64,000 nt of DNA from Selaginella moellendorffii (taxonomy: Eukaryota > Plantae > Lycopodiophyta). The translations under genes and the position numbers were made by a program. How positions within the stretch are numbered: the first letter of the stretch is position 1; every line of letters begins with the position of its first letter. A model generated the notes under the pieces. That model searched no databases. It was given only the letters and a program-made list of their open reading frames with translations, and had not been told where the DNA came from. The stretch lies in the NCBI RefSeq assembly GCF_000143415.4, contig NW_003314330.1, positions 836,089 to 900,088 on the forward strand, written 5' to 3'. Positions 59,601-64,000 of this stretch are shown here, one piece after another.

Positions 59601-61662
59601 TTGGCCTCCGCCTCTGCCTCCGAACATTCCCATCCGGCCGCCACCTCGGCCTCCACTGACAGTCTGCTGCAGCATTGGCCCCGAGTTCTGTACGGCCCCT
59701 GAAGCTCCTACGTTAAAAACCAGGTACATCTTATACTGCTGTGGAAATTGTTGTTGAACCTGCTGCTGTGGAAATTGTTGTTGATGGTGAAATTGTGGTT
59801 GAACATAATAGCTTGCGACTACAGGTTGCTGCTGGAACTTGGGCGTCACACGAGTTGGATGAAAAAAGCACTTCTTAGGCTTGTGGCCGAACTTCCCACA
59901 ATACGAACAAGGAGCTTTTGCCAGAACCAGATTCGGACACTCACTAGGATAGTGGCCATATCCTTGACACTTAATGCACCAGATCTCAGCTCTCTCATGC
60001 ACTGGCCGAGTTGGAGCTCCCAAACCCTGAACCAGACTCACTTGGAGTTCCGCCATCTTCTTGGTAAGTGTCTCCACCACATCTTCTTTCACTTTCGTGA
60101 GTTGGCTCTCAAATCCAGTCGTGTTTACTGCAAGTAACTGGAGAACTGATGGTTGGACTGGAATCAAAGGTGGAGCTGCTACTGCTCCAAGCACACCAAT
60201 CTGGTACTATGCAATATTCGGTGAGAACAAGTTACCATATGTTGCTGCTGGAGCTGCAGCTGCAACATTCCGTGACGCCATCCAGGCCTGTTCCCATGTT
60301 GCTGCATGCTCCATTGCTGCGTTCAAATCTGCCGGTCTCTGCACCTTCACATGGAACCCAATCTCAAATGGCAACCCATTCAAGAACCAGCAGACTTGGT
60401 CATCAGCAGTAGGCTGTGGATCTTTCCTTGCGAGCAGCCTCTTGTAGCGAAGAACGTAATTTTGCAATGTCTCTCCAGGTAACAATTGAATTGAATTTAG
60501 CTCGTCACTGATACGCTGCTTGAATCCCATAGGATGGAAAGCATTGAGAAATGCCGTTTTGATGTCTGCCCAGGCTGCAAAAGCTGTTGCTGCATTCACC
60601 TGACCATACCACTCTGTTGTTGCTCCCAGCAACATTGCTGGAAACAAACAGACTCTCACAACATCTCCTTGCTCCTGATTTGCTGTGCTGATATTTTCGA
60701 AAGTAGTTACGTGAGCATCTGGATCGTCAGTCTGTGTAAACGTTAGATACTTCATCCTTGCGTTGGCAGGCTGTGCCATTTGAGGATTTACTGCTTGAGG
60801 TGTGGGCAAGGCTGGTTCAAATGGCCCCCACTCCTCCCAATTCAAACTTGAGTCCAAAGTCCTCGGACTAGTTTCAGGACTAGTTTCAAGCGAGTTCTGT
60901 AACAGTCTCCTCACTGCTCATTCAGAACAGCCTCGATTCTGCTCTACCCTCCTAGTAGAAAAATATAGAAAATTATCCCAGTTCGAGGATTTATCTGCCA
61001 GACCGAGAACCAACTGCGGCAAGGATGCTTACTACAGATGCCCGCAGATGACTGGCCTTTTCCTCAGGCCCAGTTTACTACACAGTTACTGCGACTAAGC
61101 CCTCTCAGCTAACGCACCAAAACATGTCAGGAAAAATACATGACAACAAAGAAAGACAGGAAAGACTCAAGGCTTGTATTTTAGCAGTAACTACAAATCA
61201 CTCATACTAAGTGTGTTGGGCTTGCAGTAACTCCTCTATGATCATGGTGATGGGATCTTGACGGCCTATGAGAGGTCCCACCATCTTCGAGCAGAAAGAA
61301 CTCAAGAACCAAAGAGAGAAAACAAGAATTGTAAAATAATTGAATGGCGGTACCTAATTTTCAAACTACCAAAAATTTAAACACCACCAACGTCTGAGAT
61401 TTTTCCAGCTAATCCACAACTTTGATCGACTTGATTTCACCACCAAAGAACTTCCCTTGATAAGATTTTCAACTTCATAAAAAACAACTTCTTCAAATTC
61501 TCACTTCTGAAATCCATCATTTTTTCTCTCTCTAGTCAGAATATTCCCAAGAAACTTCTTCAGCGAGCTTCTTCATTTTTCACCTTTTTCTAGCTCAAAA
61601 ATACATCAGTACTTACAAAAATAACCTCAAGTGTGAAAATACAACCATATATATAGTTAACA
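53632..61662 (-). mobile_element. Full-length decayed Ty3/gypsy LTR retrotransposon (no chromodomain seen)
   Basis: LTRs 53632-54179 and 61125-61662; perfect 5-bp TSD TCCAC; PBS-like tggtgcgttag; gag with CCHC knuckles, protease (IDGGA), RT (MPFGLCNA..FLDNF), RNase H (VDAS), integrase (WGIDF..SDRG..GQVE) in gypsy order; many stops. Confidence 0.95.
56670..57178. mobile_element. ~500-bp insertion interrupting RT, with a terminal 33-bp inverted repeat
   Basis: RT reads CFERCQH (57179 side) and resumes GISLNPFKCQF (56673 side); IR arms 56670-56702 and 56777-56809. Confidence 0.65.
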
Positions 61663-62534
61663 TCCACCTATAGAGTATAAAGTGGATGACTTAGTGTTAG
61701 TTTGTTTTCTCAATCTTATGATACATAGTTTATCTAAGAGGATCTTTGCTCAATGGAAAAGATTGTATTGGGTGTTGTGGCAAGTGGGATTGCAAGTTTA
61801 TGAGGTTTAGCATGACATCTAACAAATTGATCCTTTACAAATTGTACATGTGTAACAATTAAAACACTTCATACAAAGAAATAATAAATAACTAGCACTA
61901 CTTATAAATTCACTAATACCTTTTCTTGATATTCCTTTAGATCCCAACCTATCAACAAGAGAACTTTAACAATCTTCCATTATTCCAAAAGGATGGGATG
62001 ATATGAAGTCCAAGTGTATGGCTACAATACCATATCCTAATATTAACATAGTGGGATTTTGATAATTGTTATATTGGTTTAAATCTAGACTACTTGCTCT
62101 TGTATATAAATTAAGGTTTTTAGGCTAATTAATATATAAATTTTTGTATTTCATTTCTATATTCCATGTACTCATAGTTTTAATTTATTTCAGATTGATA
62201 TTAAGAAATAAAAATAAAAATTTCAATAGAATAAATATTTTTCCAGATTTATAGTGTAAGCTAAGAAATTCTTGAGTTGTTAATTCTACATGAATCACTA
62301 GTTAAAAGATGAAATCTTTAGTAAGTTTATTATTATGCAGTGATAGATAAAAGTAGAAAAAATAAACTTTTGTAATATAAAAATAATGCATTATAATAAA
62401 AATTTATTTAAAGGTGCTATTTCAACTATGAAGCATTAAAAAATTTATTATTGATGGTTTTGGTAATAAAGATGATGAAAAAATTATAAATAGCTTTACA
62501 TAAATCTCATTTTGAATAATAGAAAAGTAGCATA

Positions 62535-62540
<6 letters not shown>

Positions 62541-62589
<49 letters not shown>
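62541..62589. repeat. (AT)n microsatellite
   Basis: ~24 AT units. Confidence 0.98.
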
Positions 62590-62594
<5 letters not shown>

Positions 62595-64000
62595 CATTGC
62601 ATGACAATTTTTGAAATATATAAATATTTGTTTTTTTTAATAACTTAAAAATTAGTGGTATTTTTACCCAAAAATTAAATAAAATACAAAGAGTAATGCA
62701 TTTTTTATTTAATATAACACAAAAATAGTTTATTAATTACTCATTCATATTTAGCATAATATGAATATTGGTTTTCTACTACTACTAACAATAAGAAATA
62801 AACTATACAGTTATTATTGATGCGATTGATACATGGTTTTGTGTCAAGCATAACCTTGATATTTATTTCTTTCACTTTTAATAATTTATTGCATTACTAA
62901 AACTATTATATTCTTTTTATCTTTTCCCTAGAGTATTCTATTTTAGTGTTTTTCTGAAAAAAATCATGGCATTTTCTCCTTTTTCCAAATGATGAAAATA
63001 CTTAAAATTTTAATAATTAAATAAATAAATTTACTGCAATTAAGAAATTAAATTCCTGAAAAAATTAATAAAAAAGCTTGAACATTGAGATCACAACTAA
63101 ATTAAACTTTGAGGAATTAGAATGTTAAGAGAATGCTTACTAGAAACAAAAGTTTTCAACAAAATCTTAAAATTATTCTCAAAAACTCGATAAGAGTTGT
63201 TTTGCAAACAATAACAAAGCAGGAAAGAGAAGCACAAATAAAAACTTGCTTCATTCTTTCTAAACCTATTAACAGAAAATATCTCAAAAACAATTGGAAT
63301 TGACCAACAATTAGTTCCTATAGTTCTTCCAACTTGAATGTTGAGATCTATGCTACAACTGAATCAAACTTGAGAAATCAGAACGTTAAGAGAATGCTTC
63401 CAGAAACACAAGTGCAAGCTGTGACTGGATGATTCGTCTGAGCAAGTGTCAAAGCTCTACAAAACTTTAATAAGGTGGAAAGTATCCACAAGCACTTTAA
63501 TTGCGAGCGATCAGAGGACACCACAGTTTAGTGATAATACAAACGCTTTAATGCTTTTTCCGATTCTTAACGGAGTGTTGCGACAGGCGCTTCATGGCAC
63601 CTAAAGAAATCTGTGTGTCTCTGGATAGAGAAAAATAAAAAGAAATAACACGAAACTTTTCCTTTCAAGAATCAGCACTGAGAGTGCGTACCTTCTGTAG
63701 ATGTAAAGCCCAGTGTAGAATAACAGCACAATCAAGACAGTGAAGAAGCAAGCTGCGTAGTAAACAGGTTGATTTCCCCTGTGCTGAAGAACCGAAAAAA
63801 CCCAACTTTTAGACAAGGAGATATCAAAACTTTTGTGGCTTACTCCACTTCCTCGAGGAAAGTAGCTCCTCTTCCCTGGCTTGCAGCTGTGAGCGTCGCA
63901 AAATTGTCGTAGGAAAAAATCTGGGAACAAGCTTGCGGATGAGGAATGAATTTATGAAAGAAGCGTTAGATGGACAGACCATTGAGGCGCGTTGCCTGTG

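Larger units (their letters stand above)
51368..62176 (+). mobile_element. Old, internally deleted Ty3/gypsy LTR element (host of nested insertions)
   Basis: ~170-bp LTRs 51368-51538 and 62002-62176; PBS tggtggagatg (51540-51550, tRNA-Ala-like); purine tract aaaaggatgggatga before the 3' LTR; gag-like remnants ~51880-52330; weak integrase and chromodomain-like remnants. Confidence 0.7.

Noticed and set aside
63601-64000. Possible 3' end of a minus-strand gene
   Set aside because: Truncated by the window edge; ORF 63601-63930 looks like UTR sequence

Overview
Gene-dense eukaryotic plant DNA. Introns of ~50-70 nt, several intronless PLS-class PPR genes and the gene content suggest a lycophyte such as Selaginella (inference). 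Conventional genes: a GT77-type nucleotide-diphospho-sugar transferase, TBCC, three PPRs, plastid CPN20, a HdeD/DUF308-like membrane protein, a REM-type B3 protein, a GH5 mannanase, clathrin heavy chain (plus a 3' pseudogene copy), an ATL RING-H2, GET3B/ArsA, KRP/ICK and a RETICULATA-related protein. There are four intact-looking tRNA genes and three degenerate ones, LINE remnants, two 5S-rRNA-bearing Cassandra-like TRIMs and a three-layer nested LTR-retrotransposon block. The main finding is absent from the ORF track: an AT-rich five-exon gene (16526-17545, minus strand). It encodes a signal peptide, a ~23-aa four-cysteine peptide and a Hedgehog-type Hog domain (Hint plus a sterol-recognition-like tail). 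Three further paralogous or pseudogenised copies lie in the window. This architecture predicts a plant Hedgehog-like autoprocessing precursor that releases a small, possibly sterol-conjugated, cysteine-rich secreted peptide. All assignments were made by eye; no database searches were run.
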